NCBI GenBank assembly: GCA_050015075.1
Contig: JBEKCB010000007.1
Span: 32,001 to 96,000 of the forward strand
Length of the DNA: 64,000 nucleotides
From: Candidatus Brocadiia bacterium
GTDB lineage: Bacteria; Planctomycetota; Brocadiia; CAIUPP01
Direction: 5' to 3'
In this document: positions 29,801 through 37,847 of the stretch, one piece after another
Layout: every line of letters begins with the position of its first letter
Numbering within the stretch: position 1 is the first letter of the stretch
The notes under the pieces: model-generated
Database searches by the model: none
Seen by the model: the letters and a program-made list of their open reading frames with translations, nothing else
What the model was told of the DNA's origin: nothing
Translations under genes and position numbers: made by a program

Positions 29801-30427
29801 GGGCACATAAACTTTGGCTTCCTCGGATTGGAAAACCGACTTGGCCTTCCCGTCCGCAGCCTTGTCAAAATTGTCATGCTCGAAAACCACGTCGGGCAGG
29901 TAGAAGATGCGTTTGTGGCCCAGGTGCGCGAGCATGCAATACGTGTCGTAGATGTGATCGTCAATCCGATACCGATGGTAGTCGGCCGGGCACAGGCCGA
30001 TCTCACGGCAGGCCCTGCGCGAGAGGCAGGGGAACGTGCACAACTTCTCACGGAAGAGCAGGTCGTTGAGATGGACGAGGGCGATGTCGTCCCGGACGGA
30101 TCGAAACACGTCGCCCACCGCCCGGTCCCAGTTCTTCGTTCGGACGATGATGTCATCGTTGACGAGCATCACGTGGCGGCCCGACGACGCCTCGAAACAG
30201 GCGCGGTTGAGCCGGCCCATGGAAAGCCCCGGCGGAACGACGACTTTTTTCAGACTGAGAGCGCTGAACTGGATGGACTGAGAGGCTTTGTCGTCCTCGT
30301 CCAGGCAGAGGACGACCTCCAGCGATCCCGGAACGAGGACCGTCTCGGCCACGCTCTCCAGGAAGCGCCGCACCAGCTCCGGCCGTCCCCTCGTCGGGAG
30401 GAGCAGCGAGTATTCGAACACGTTCAA
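26879..30427 (-). CDS. Multidomain enzyme: GT2 + GT2 + two unknown modules + class I methyltransferase
   Basis: LLLPTRGR..VNDD; second GT2 LLDNN..LMDDD..YFLDIDYS; C-terminal VLEVGCSDG..FDACFSIATLEH. Confidence 0.88.
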   Translation of the reverse strand: MNVFEYSLLLPTRGRPELVRRFLESVAETVLVPGSLEVVLCLDEDDKASQSIQFSALSLKKVVVPPGLSMGRLNRACFEASSGRHVMLVNDDIIVRTKNWDRAVGDVFRSVRDDIALVHLNDLLFREKLCTFPCLSRRACREIGLCPADYHRYRIDDHIYDTYCMLAHLGHKRIFYLPDVVFEHDNFDKAADGKAKSVFQSEEAKVYVPSQEIHEADSRRFMEKLDERRTNALRLAALIDESSAARKRSGYTRRLGHITDPYMFRRPEYVNWWPTGSSDTSSRKPSVTIAVVSADFRQTHSARCLSLLKEHASEAELILLDNNRSRDFNHPREMNKVLRAVRSDYLVLMDDDVYVENGWLDGLLRALEPDVGVVAPMHKDAAGNISFTGAYMMGDRFGSHSHLLDVPERPRETPCACSACLLVHMRRVGDIRFNEAFSKYFLDIDYSLKIWETRYKLVCTPEVCVTHLAGATLPHGSAASQRLWNKDLDVFVAEWLDTGRLSKLEESVWLPDERLAPFVAIPRRIYGLLGGEGPTEPDRFAAQLEEVVRASEPFPLFRSLLVTELAKARTQYAASGDEGRMRIAEKVLERLQRTPIVRGGYAPILLSSYKSYNVVEFGRTVLAVPLAFGEMDLREESARSREGVLACASEADARSRIDQVTSSADGSPFVRNELVRQKVSFSQAAAILFELGRSLGVKLSGRRNPPGFGPRALTKKLISALTPRPPRRSGGARVENPRALPPVGDDSASATARTVLPDYQGFTITFCATKYFATPQSEGAFELARAQKGNYSQCLIGNTIEEVQQEIQRRSKAGGKVKALFLGTVAPATAKRLVRQFPDYEVACLAPAHWAREYAEGPMHVLKDAQGRETDLFDPARLSPELLEALRKERCDVVILPCDGRPKWADNHAEALAAQLADWLIIASADRPARTYRGEDVHRIVYNKAYLNSMFRFVPPLKGKHVLEVGCSDGLVCDLLLAEEPASMTGIDLLATVGCAYPNPRITYRRMGATEMDFPDGSFDACFSIATLEHITDPARALQEMKRVTCSGGCIYLQAGPLYFSPFGHHMFGYFDDFPWIHLRLTPEAILAHCRKRGLDAVMRRKMGREPKEYLESMLNPAHVNRKRFEEYGIREFMEAPDVEVLHFVRSYEGKDLLTEDIRKELSSIPPDDLIAHGFELAVRVK

Positions 30428-30474
30428 CGGCCATCCTCCGGTTCAGCCCGACGCATCAGACAGCAGCGGCGCGC

Positions 30475-32316
30475 TTACGCTTTTGCCGTCTTTCTCAAAC
30501 CGAGAAACCAGGCGCGCCAGCCCGGCTTGGGTTTGGCATCCTCCGTCCGCCGCATGGCTTCGAGAGCGGCATGCGCTTGCGAGACAGCCTGGTCCTTGTC
30601 TGCGATCTCAGCGTCCTTCTCGGCAATCACTTTCCAGAGCGTGGCGAGCTCGGCGTCCTTATGCTCCATTTCCTGTCGGAGCGTGGCTAGATCGGCCTCG
30701 CTCGCCCGCCGCAGAGCTTCAAGAGCTGCGCGCAATTGGCAGGCGTCCTGGTCCTTGCCGGCAATCGCCGCCTCTTTTTCAGCGACCACTTTACGAAGCG
30801 CGGCGATTTCTTCATCCTGGCGTTCCGTCCCTTTTCGGAGCGCGGCCAGATCGGCCTCGGCCGCGCGGCGCAGGGCTTCGAGAGTCGCGCGCAATTGGCA
30901 GGCGTCCTGGTCCTTGCCGGCAATCGCCGCCTCTTTTTCAGCGACCACTTTACGAAGCGCGGCGATTTCTCCATCCCTGCGTTCCGTCTCTTTACGGAGC
31001 GCGGTCAGATCGGCCTCAGCCGCGCGACGCAGGGCTTCGAGAGCCGCGCGCAGTTGCGAGACGGCCTGGTCCTTGCCGGCCATTGCGGCGTCTTTTTCAG
31101 CGACCGCCTTACGGAGCGCGGCGATTTCTCCATCCTTGCGCACCGTCCCTTCGCGGAGCGCGGCCAGATCGGCCTCGCGCACCGCGGCGGCGGCTTGCAG
31201 CGCCCCGATTTGCGCCGCCTTTTCATCGAATTCAACGCGGAGGCGCCTGGAGCGCGCTCGATCAACGAGTTGTTGCGCCTGGGGCACGTCCTCCGCTACG
31301 ACGAGCATGTGCTGCGCCTGGAGTTCATTCAAACGCGGCGCGTCGAGGCTTCGCAGGTCCAGCGGCCCCAACTCCACCGAAGCCGCATAGACTCTGCCGG
31401 CGTACCGCACGAGGTTATACCCTTCGTGATTTCCGATGAGGGCGGGAGAATCGTCCGCGATCGGCGGCTCGTTGAGCCTGGGCAGCAGACTTTCCATGCT
31501 CTCCGAACGGAGGACTTCGGGTCGCTCGCGAAGGGCTTGTCGGGTTATATCGAGACCTTGGAGAAGGGCATGCGGAACCGCGTATATGTTTTTCTCGTAT
31601 CGGAAAAGAGCGTAAGTGCGCGTGTAGCAGAGCGGCGGAGGCGGCTGCTGGAGGCTGTCTTCAATGCCCGGAAAAGCGATGTCGGTCGGCTCCCAGCCCT
31701 GGCTCTGCGGCAGGCGGCGCACGCTCCAGATCGAATGATTGATCGAGTACTTCTCGAAGGTCTCGCCGACGGCCAGCACGACGCCGCAATGGACGGTTTG
31801 GAAATAATCGGTCTCTTTGCCCTGGTCGAGGAACCCGCGCTCGAAGTCGCGGATGCGGCCTTCGCAGTCGTGCCCGCAAAGAATTCCGCCGCTCCGCACC
31901 AGGTTGGAGTAGGCCTGAATGTCCCGCAGGACGCCGCCGTAGCGGTGGTCCCCGTCAATGAACACCAGGTCAAAGGCGCCCTCTTTGAGTATCGCGGCGG
32001 CAAGGTCCGATCTGCCCCTGATGGGCACGACGGTATTCTCAAGCCCTTGCTCGCAAATCCCGGCCCAGAACCTGGAGAATATATCCTCTCTCTGCGCCGC
32101 CGCGAAAAGCTCCGTGCCGGGACTGCCCTTCCACCAGTCCACGCAGAAGAGGTGCCCATCGTGACATTGCGCGACCTTGCCGAGAATAGCGGCGGATTCG
32201 CCGAGCCAACTGCCCACTTCGAGGAACCGGGCGCCCGGACGGGCCGCCGCCTCGGCCAGGGTGCGCAGGACGATCTCCTGTTCGCGGCTCGGGATCTGCT
32301 TCGCGGGCGCGGTCAT
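30475..32316 (-). CDS. SAM methyltransferase (Methyltransf_24-like) with two unknown modules and a long coiled coil; WbdD-like architecture
   Basis: LEVGSWLGES, FDLVFIDGDH and GGILCGHD motifs; four 53-aa helical repeats; C-terminal amphipathic WRAWFLGLRK. Confidence 0.85.
   Translation of the reverse strand: MTAPAKQIPSREQEIVLRTLAEAAARPGARFLEVGSWLGESAAILGKVAQCHDGHLFCVDWWKGSPGTELFAAAQREDIFSRFWAGICEQGLENTVVPIRGRSDLAAAILKEGAFDLVFIDGDHRYGGVLRDIQAYSNLVRSGGILCGHDCEGRIRDFERGFLDQGKETDYFQTVHCGVVLAVGETFEKYSINHSIWSVRRLPQSQGWEPTDIAFPGIEDSLQQPPPPLCYTRTYALFRYEKNIYAVPHALLQGLDITRQALRERPEVLRSESMESLLPRLNEPPIADDSPALIGNHEGYNLVRYAGRVYAASVELGPLDLRSLDAPRLNELQAQHMLVVAEDVPQAQQLVDRARSRRLRVEFDEKAAQIGALQAAAAVREADLAALREGTVRKDGEIAALRKAVAEKDAAMAGKDQAVSQLRAALEALRRAAEADLTALRKETERRDGEIAALRKVVAEKEAAIAGKDQDACQLRATLEALRRAAEADLAALRKGTERQDEEIAALRKVVAEKEAAIAGKDQDACQLRAALEALRRASEADLATLRQEMEHKDAELATLWKVIAEKDAEIADKDQAVSQAHAALEAMRRTEDAKPKPGWRAWFLGLRKTAKA
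30545..31179. repeat. Four tandem 159-bp (53-aa) coiled-coil repeats
   Basis: AGATCGGCCTC recurs with its GATC ending at 30693, 30852, 31011 and 31170, an exact 159-bp period. Confidence 0.95.
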
Positions 32317-33902
32317 CTGTGGCTGTTTCCTTCGACTCCGGACACGAGCGTAAAGGAACTCTCCAGCGCCGCGATCCCATCGAACCGCCGCGTCTGGCGC
32401 ACGGCCAGATGGATGACGCTGGTGCGAATGTCAATCGGCACGTCCTCCGCCGGCTCTTTCTGGGCCAGCCCCAGGTCCATAAAGTAGTCGCCGTAATGAA
32501 CGTTGAGCTGAATCGTGAACTTCCCCAGAAGGATCTCTCCGCCGGACACCGGGGCCAATTCCACTCCCATGAACCGCGTGTTGCTCCCGTTGACCATGAG
32601 GCCGTCGAGGGCTCTCAGGGCGTATCCGAACATCGGGTTGGCGATCGGCTGGTGCACGCGGGCCTTCACATAGATGTCCACGACCTCGCCGCTGTCCATG
32701 GCCGCCGGGGCGCAGGAGGCGGCATCCGCGACGAGGAAGTCCACGATTTCGCCGCGACGATCGCCGAAACGGTATTCATTCCTATTGTAGCCGCTGCGCG
32801 CCGGACAATGATCTCCCGGCGGCGTGTCCCGCAGGAATTCCTCGATCTGCCTGGCCCGGAGCGCTTTTGCCTTGTCGTTCACCGCCTCTCCGGTCGTCGT
32901 CTCGGCGGCCGATGCGCCGCGCGGCTGGGCGCTGTCGGGGCGCGAGGCGTCCACCGCCTCGCGGACCGCCTTTTCCGAATTGCCGACGAAGATCCGCTTT
33001 TCCTCCACGCGCTGCTCGATGACCGTCTCCGGCAGACTCGAGAAATCCATCGGCCCGAGTCCCTGGTCCACCGCGAACAACCGGCGGCCGAATTTCACGA
33101 TGTTGAACCCCTTGTAACCTTCGAAGACCAGTTCCGGATACGGCGTGTACCCCTCGATGACGCCGGTGAACAGCAGCTCATTGTAACAGTTCGCCACGTG
33201 CTTCGGCTCGCCCTGTTCGAGCACCCGGCCATGGTCCAGGAGAATGGCGCGGTTGCAATGTTCCACAATCGCGTTCGTATCGTGACTGACGAAGAGGATG
33301 GTTTTTCCGCCCGACTGGAACTCGAGGAACTTCCGGTAGCACTTGTGCTGGAACTTGGCGTCGCCGACCGCGAGCGCCTCGTCCACCACCAGGATATCGG
33401 GGTCCACGTAGATCGCGGCGGCGAACGCCAGGCGGGCATACATCCCCGAGGAATAGGTCTTCAGCGGCTGGTCGAAGAACTCGTCAATCTCAGCGAACTG
33501 CTGGATCACCGGAAGCCGGCTCCGCATCTCCGACGCCGAATACCCGAATGTCCTGCCCTGCATCAGAACGTTCTCCCGGCCGGTGAACTCCGGGCTGAAG
33601 CCGGCGCCCAGCTCCAGCAGCGCCGACACCCGCCCGCGGACTTCCACCGTGCCGGCCGTGGGCCGCAACACGGAACTGACGATCTGCAGCAGGGTGCTCT
33701 TCCCCGATCCGTTTCGGCCCATGATGCCCAAGGTCAGCCCCTTCGGCACATCGAAGCTGACCTCCTGCAAGGCCCAGAACTCCTTGTGATGCTTCTTCCG
33801 GAAAGGGTCGAGCGCCTCCAGCAACCGTTCCTTGGGCGAGCCGTAGAGCCGGTATTTCTTGGAGAGCCCCTTTGCCGAGATGGCCAGGGAATCATCCGCC
33901 AT
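32313..33902 (-). CDS. wzt: Polysaccharide ABC transporter ATP-binding protein with Wzt C-terminal domain
   Basis: GRNGSGKST, YSSGMYARLAF and DEALAVGD motifs; C-terminal RFGD..GEVVDI..GSNT..GDYF domain. Confidence 0.93.
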   Translation of the reverse strand: MADDSLAISAKGLSKKYRLYGSPKERLLEALDPFRKKHHKEFWALQEVSFDVPKGLTLGIMGRNGSGKSTLLQIVSSVLRPTAGTVEVRGRVSALLELGAGFSPEFTGRENVLMQGRTFGYSASEMRSRLPVIQQFAEIDEFFDQPLKTYSSGMYARLAFAAAIYVDPDILVVDEALAVGDAKFQHKCYRKFLEFQSGGKTILFVSHDTNAIVEHCNRAILLDHGRVLEQGEPKHVANCYNELLFTGVIEGYTPYPELVFEGYKGFNIVKFGRRLFAVDQGLGPMDFSSLPETVIEQRVEEKRIFVGNSEKAVREAVDASRPDSAQPRGASAAETTTGEAVNDKAKALRARQIEEFLRDTPPGDHCPARSGYNRNEYRFGDRRGEIVDFLVADAASCAPAAMDSGEVVDIYVKARVHQPIANPMFGYALRALDGLMVNGSNTRFMGVELAPVSGGEILLGKFTIQLNVHYGDYFMDLGLAQKEPAEDVPIDIRTSVIHLAVRQTRRFDGIAALESSFTLVSGVEGNSHR

Positions 33903-33903
33903 T

Positions 33904-34743
33904 CTAGAGCACCTCCGGGAAGTCCGGCTTCAGCCGCCGGAACAGCAGCCCGCCGGCGGAGAAGAGTCCCAGGCTGACGATCCAGAAATAAATTCCCGCC
34001 TTCCAGTTCTGCCAGAGCGGCGCGTACAGGTCCGGGATAAAGCTCGCCCGGTAGCCGTGGATGACGTAGTACATGGGATTCAACTTAGGCAGAAAACGCA
34101 GAGACTGCGGCAACCGAAGCATCATGTCCTCGGTCCACACCACCGGCGTCAGCCAGAACCACATATTCAGCACCACGGCGAGAATCTGACCGACGTCGCG
34201 GTAAAAGACGTTCAGCGCCGCGACGATCCATCCCAGGCCCACGCTGAACACGGCCATCCCGAGCAGGAAATAGACGAATTGAACGTTGTAGAACGAAAAC
34301 CGCAGACCGCTGGCCATGATCACGATGGCCAGGATCACCAGCATGATCACATGGCTGACCATGCTGGCCAGCCAGTGTGCGAGGGGCAGAATCTCCGTCG
34401 GAAAAACCGTCTTCTTGACCAGGTACGGATTGCCGGTGACCGCATTGCTGCTCGCCGATACGGTCTCGGCAAAGGCCGTCCAGGGAATCAGACCGCACAG
34501 GAAGTAGACGATGAACGGCGTGTTGCCGGCCGGGTGAACCCGGAAGCCGAGCGAAAAGATCACCCAGTAGATGAGGATCATCATCAGCGGGTGCGCGACC
34601 GACCAGGCCATCCCGGCGAGCGTCCCCACGTATCGCTTGCGAATTTCCATTCGGGCCATGGCCCAAATAGTCCTTCGGTTGCCCACAACCCGGATCACGA
34701 ACCTTGCGAGGGACGCCAAGAGGGACTCTCCGTGTCTGCGCAA
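33904..34743 (-). CDS. wzm: Polysaccharide ABC transporter permease
   Basis: RKRYVGTLAGMAWS, GLIPW, YLVKKTVFP, RDVGQ, FWLTP and NPMYY motifs. Confidence 0.93.
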   Translation of the reverse strand: MRRHGESLLASLARFVIRVVGNRRTIWAMARMEIRKRYVGTLAGMAWSVAHPLMMILIYWVIFSLGFRVHPAGNTPFIVYFLCGLIPWTAFAETVSASSNAVTGNPYLVKKTVFPTEILPLAHWLASMVSHVIMLVILAIVIMASGLRFSFYNVQFVYFLLGMAVFSVGLGWIVAALNVFYRDVGQILAVVLNMWFWLTPVVWTEDMMLRLPQSLRFLPKLNPMYYVIHGYRASFIPDLYAPLWQNWKAGIYFWIVSLGLFSAGGLLFRRLKPDFPEVL

Positions 34744-34766
34744 GACAACTCAGTCTCTGGGAGGTT

Positions 34767-34799
34767 AGTGTATCACGTCGCGTTGCGCTGCCGCAACGC
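34767..34799 (-). promoter_or_regulatory. Putative promoter and operator of the glycan operon
   Basis: TTGCGG-N18-TACACT with extended TG; inverted repeat GCGTTGCG-N4-CGCAACGC over the -35. Confidence 0.4.
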
Positions 34800-34882
34800 C
34801 CGCGGACCGCGGCGCAGTGTCAACATCGGCTGAGAAGGAGTGATGCTGCCGGGATTCCCGAGTGAGGCGATGCGTAGTGGAA

Positions 34883-35212
34883 TCATTCCGGAATCATTCG
34901 GGTCGCTTCCGCGCCCTCGATATCCGCGGAATCCGCCACCTGCCGAACTGAGGCCGCTTTTGAAAGCCTGCCGATGGCAGCGTTGGCTGCGGACAAACAG
35001 ACCAGGCGCCTCAGCACGCGTGCCCGCGCCGCCTGCCACTCCAGAAAGGCGCGGCGCGCCGCCTCGTCCTGGAACCGGGGTGCGGCCGGGTTTTCAGGCA
35101 TGGCCATTTTCTCCCGCGTCATTTTCGTTGCTGGAGCACGGTCTATCGCCTGGGCCGCATGCCGCGGGGCGGCGTGGCAATCTCGACGACGACTTTTTCG
35201 CTTGTCGGCCAT
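34883..35212 (-). CDS. Small hypothetical protein
   Basis: GAGAGGAG RBS and fills the intergenic space; no recognisable motif. Confidence 0.35.
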   Translation of the reverse strand: MADKRKSRRRDCHAAPRHAAQAIDRAPATKMTREKMAMPENPAAPRFQDEAARRAFLEWQAARARVLRRLVCLSAANAAIGRLSKAASVRQVADSADIEGAEATRMIPE

Positions 35213-35320
35213 CCCGCCTCTCCTCTCATTTCCCTGGGCCTGGCGGTTCGTGTCTTCAGTGTTAGCGTTATTCCGGCCACAGGACGTTTTTTGCCGTCAT
35301 AGACCGTGTTGATAAGAGGC

Positions 35321-36370
35321 CTACTCGAACCGGAAGTTTTCGCTCCTGATAAGCTCGCAGCAGGCATTTGCCGCATTCGCGTCAAAAAGCGTGCCGCAGC
35401 CCTTGGTCACTTGTTCAATCACAAGCTCAATCGTCATAGCCGGACGATAGGGACGAGGAGAGGACATTGCCTCGACCACGTCGGCCACGGCCAGAACCTG
35501 CGCTTCGAGGATGATCTGGCTCCCCTTGAGTCCATGAGGGTAGCCGGAGCCGTTGAGCCGTTCATGGTGCTGCAGCGTCGCGTCTGCAACAGGCCAGAAG
35601 AAGTCAATCTTTCGCAAAATGTCATAACCGACCTGCGGGTGCGTCTTGATGATGCCGAACTCGCATTCGCTGAGCTTCCCCGGCTTGGAAAGAATTTCGG
35701 CGGGCACGGCGATCTTCCCTATATCGTGCAGGAACCCGGTAATCTCGATGCCTCGCTCCTGCGTCTCGCTGATGCCCAACCGTCGAGCGATTGCCGCAGC
35801 CAGGCGTGCGACGCGCCGTTCGTGCCCCGCCGTGAAGGGGTCGCGGATTTCAATTGCCGACGATATGGCTTCGACACTTCCGTCCATCACGCGCTCAAGA
35901 CGACTCTCGCGCTCCTGCAGCGCCGAGGTTCGGTCAATGATCAGGTCCTCCATCCTTTCCCGGTAGCGCAGGTTTTCAGCTTCGAGTCTCGCCTTTTCGT
36001 CATTCAACGTCCTGATTTTGCAGGCGTTGCCTACAGAGCGCAGGACGGCCTCTTTGGTACAGGGTTTGAACAGGTAGTCCACGGCCCCATCCCGGAGCGA
36101 TGCCGCCGCCGTCTCGGCCGTCGGTTCACCGGTCATCATGACCACCAGCGTGCGCGGCGTGGCCACCTTGATCTTTGCGAGGAGTGCGACACCATTCAGG
36201 CCGGGGAGAATGATATCCGAAAGAATGACATCGAATTCCTTTGCGCGGAACAGCGTTTCCGCCGCATCGGCGTTCTCGGCCGTATCCACTTCGTACCCGG
36301 CGGCGCCGAGGAACGTGCTGAACGTCCTGCGTATCGCCTTCTCGTCGTCTACAACAAGCACTTTTGCCAT
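35321..36370 (-). CDS. Response regulator with HD-GYP c-di-GMP phosphodiesterase domain
   Basis: REC (VVDDE, SDIILP, KP); RDPFTAGH, HDIGK, HHERLNGSGYP and VADV motifs. Confidence 0.93.
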   Translation of the reverse strand: MAKVLVVDDEKAIRRTFSTFLGAAGYEVDTAENADAAETLFRAKEFDVILSDIILPGLNGVALLAKIKVATPRTLVVMMTGEPTAETAAASLRDGAVDYLFKPCTKEAVLRSVGNACKIRTLNDEKARLEAENLRYRERMEDLIIDRTSALQERESRLERVMDGSVEAISSAIEIRDPFTAGHERRVARLAAAIARRLGISETQERGIEITGFLHDIGKIAVPAEILSKPGKLSECEFGIIKTHPQVGYDILRKIDFFWPVADATLQHHERLNGSGYPHGLKGSQIILEAQVLAVADVVEAMSSPRPYRPAMTIELVIEQVTKGCGTLFDANAANACCELIRSENFRFE

Positions 36371-36443
36371 GACATGGTCTCCATTGCCTTTTCGTCACTT
36401 GCCGGGTGGCTCAACGCTCATCCGGGTCGCCTCGGGGCATCCA

Positions 36444-37706
36444 TCACGTTCTTCGCACGACCAGAATCGTCTGGTCGTCTGTTTGCGGTTGTCCCGTGCT
36501 GAAATACGACACGGCCTGGGCCACCGCGCTGACCAGCGCATCCGGTTGCCCGTGGTGTGTACGAAGTACCTCTTCCAAACGGGCAGCGCCGAAGAACTCC
36601 CCGTTGCCATCCACGGCATCCGTGATGCCGTCGGTGTACAAGACCAGACTATCACCGCTCTCCAAAGTCAGGTCGGAACCGTCATATTCGCAGTTTTCAT
36701 CCACGCCGAGCGGCAGTCCATTCTTAACCGCGACCGGACTCAGCGTGCCTCTTTTTTCGCAGATCAGGTATGGCGGCGAGTGGCCGGCGCCGTAGATGGA
36801 CGCCGTGGAGCGGTCCATGTTGATCACGACCATCAAAGCCGTGGCGAAGGTGCGGTCGCACCATTCCCTCGCGAGGAAGCGGTTGACATAGGGCAGCAGC
36901 CCTTCGGCGTCGTTTCGCAGGGAGGCGACCGCGCGGAAGTAGCTCATGACGCGCGCCATGTACAATGCGGCGGCAATGCCCTTGCCGCACACGTCTCCGA
37001 GGAGCACAACTTGCATGTTGCCGATCAAGGGAAGGACATCATAGAAATCGCCTGCCACCTTGCGGGCGGAATGACAGTACGCCGCGAACTGTAAGTTTCC
37101 TCCCGCGGGAAAGGCCTTCGGGAGGAAGGCCTGCTGGATGTCCTGCGCCAAATCGAGCTCGAAGTCTATGCGTTTCTTTTCCTCCTCCACTTCGCGCAAT
37201 TCCGCTTTTTCCAGAGCAATCACCAGGAAGTTCGCGACCGTGCTCAGCAGCACCTGGTCCGATTCTTTGAAGACCGCGCCGTCGCGCTTGTTGTTCACGT
37301 TCAGCACGCCGATCACCCGGTCCCGGAAGAGCAGGGGAACACTCAATAGAGAGCGCGTACTATAGTGGGCAGCGCTTTGTCGTTTGAAAAGCGGGTGCGT
37401 GGCGACGTCCTTGACCAGCAGGGGACGGCCATGCAGAGCGACCCAGCCGGCAATGCCTTCGCCCATTCTAATCCGCGCGGCCTTGACGACGTCCGGGGCA
37501 ATGCCGTGGGCGGCGCGGATGCGCAGCGTCTTGCCGCCCGGCTCGATCAACATCAACGAGCATCGGTTGACCTCGAGCATGCGCCCGACCCGGCGCACGA
37601 GTTCGTTCAGGACTCTTTCTGAATCCTTCTGGGACGCGACGATGTCGCTGATTTCCTTAAAGATCGCCTGCACGAAAGACTGACCTTGATCCAACGACGC
37701 TATCAT
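36444..37706 (-). CDS. GAF + SpoIIE/PP2C (RsbU-like) phosphatase
   Basis: GAF (GEGIAGWV, VPL..IGVLNVNNK); GDFYD, DVCGKG, LYTDG and DDQT motifs; AAGGAG RBS. Confidence 0.9.
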   Translation of the reverse strand: MIASLDQGQSFVQAIFKEISDIVASQKDSERVLNELVRRVGRMLEVNRCSLMLIEPGGKTLRIRAAHGIAPDVVKAARIRMGEGIAGWVALHGRPLLVKDVATHPLFKRQSAAHYSTRSLLSVPLLFRDRVIGVLNVNNKRDGAVFKESDQVLLSTVANFLVIALEKAELREVEEEKKRIDFELDLAQDIQQAFLPKAFPAGGNLQFAAYCHSARKVAGDFYDVLPLIGNMQVVLLGDVCGKGIAAALYMARVMSYFRAVASLRNDAEGLLPYVNRFLAREWCDRTFATALMVVINMDRSTASIYGAGHSPPYLICEKRGTLSPVAVKNGLPLGVDENCEYDGSDLTLESGDSLVLYTDGITDAVDGNGEFFGAARLEEVLRTHHGQPDALVSAVAQAVSYFSTGQPQTDDQTILVVRRT

Positions 37707-37847
37707 GACACGTCTCCTTAGCCTTGTTGCAGCATGTCCAGCCCAAAAGGGCCGGCCATCGTCGAGCGACGGGTTTCCCCGCCGACGACTGCCCTCGCTC
37801 CGTCCGTAGCCACCATGTTGCACTTCCCGAATGTAAGCGTCTATCAA

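Noticed and set aside
30545-31179. Regular repeats as a possible CRISPR array
   Set aside because: The 159-bp units are in-frame coding repeats without unique spacers, and there are no cas genes.
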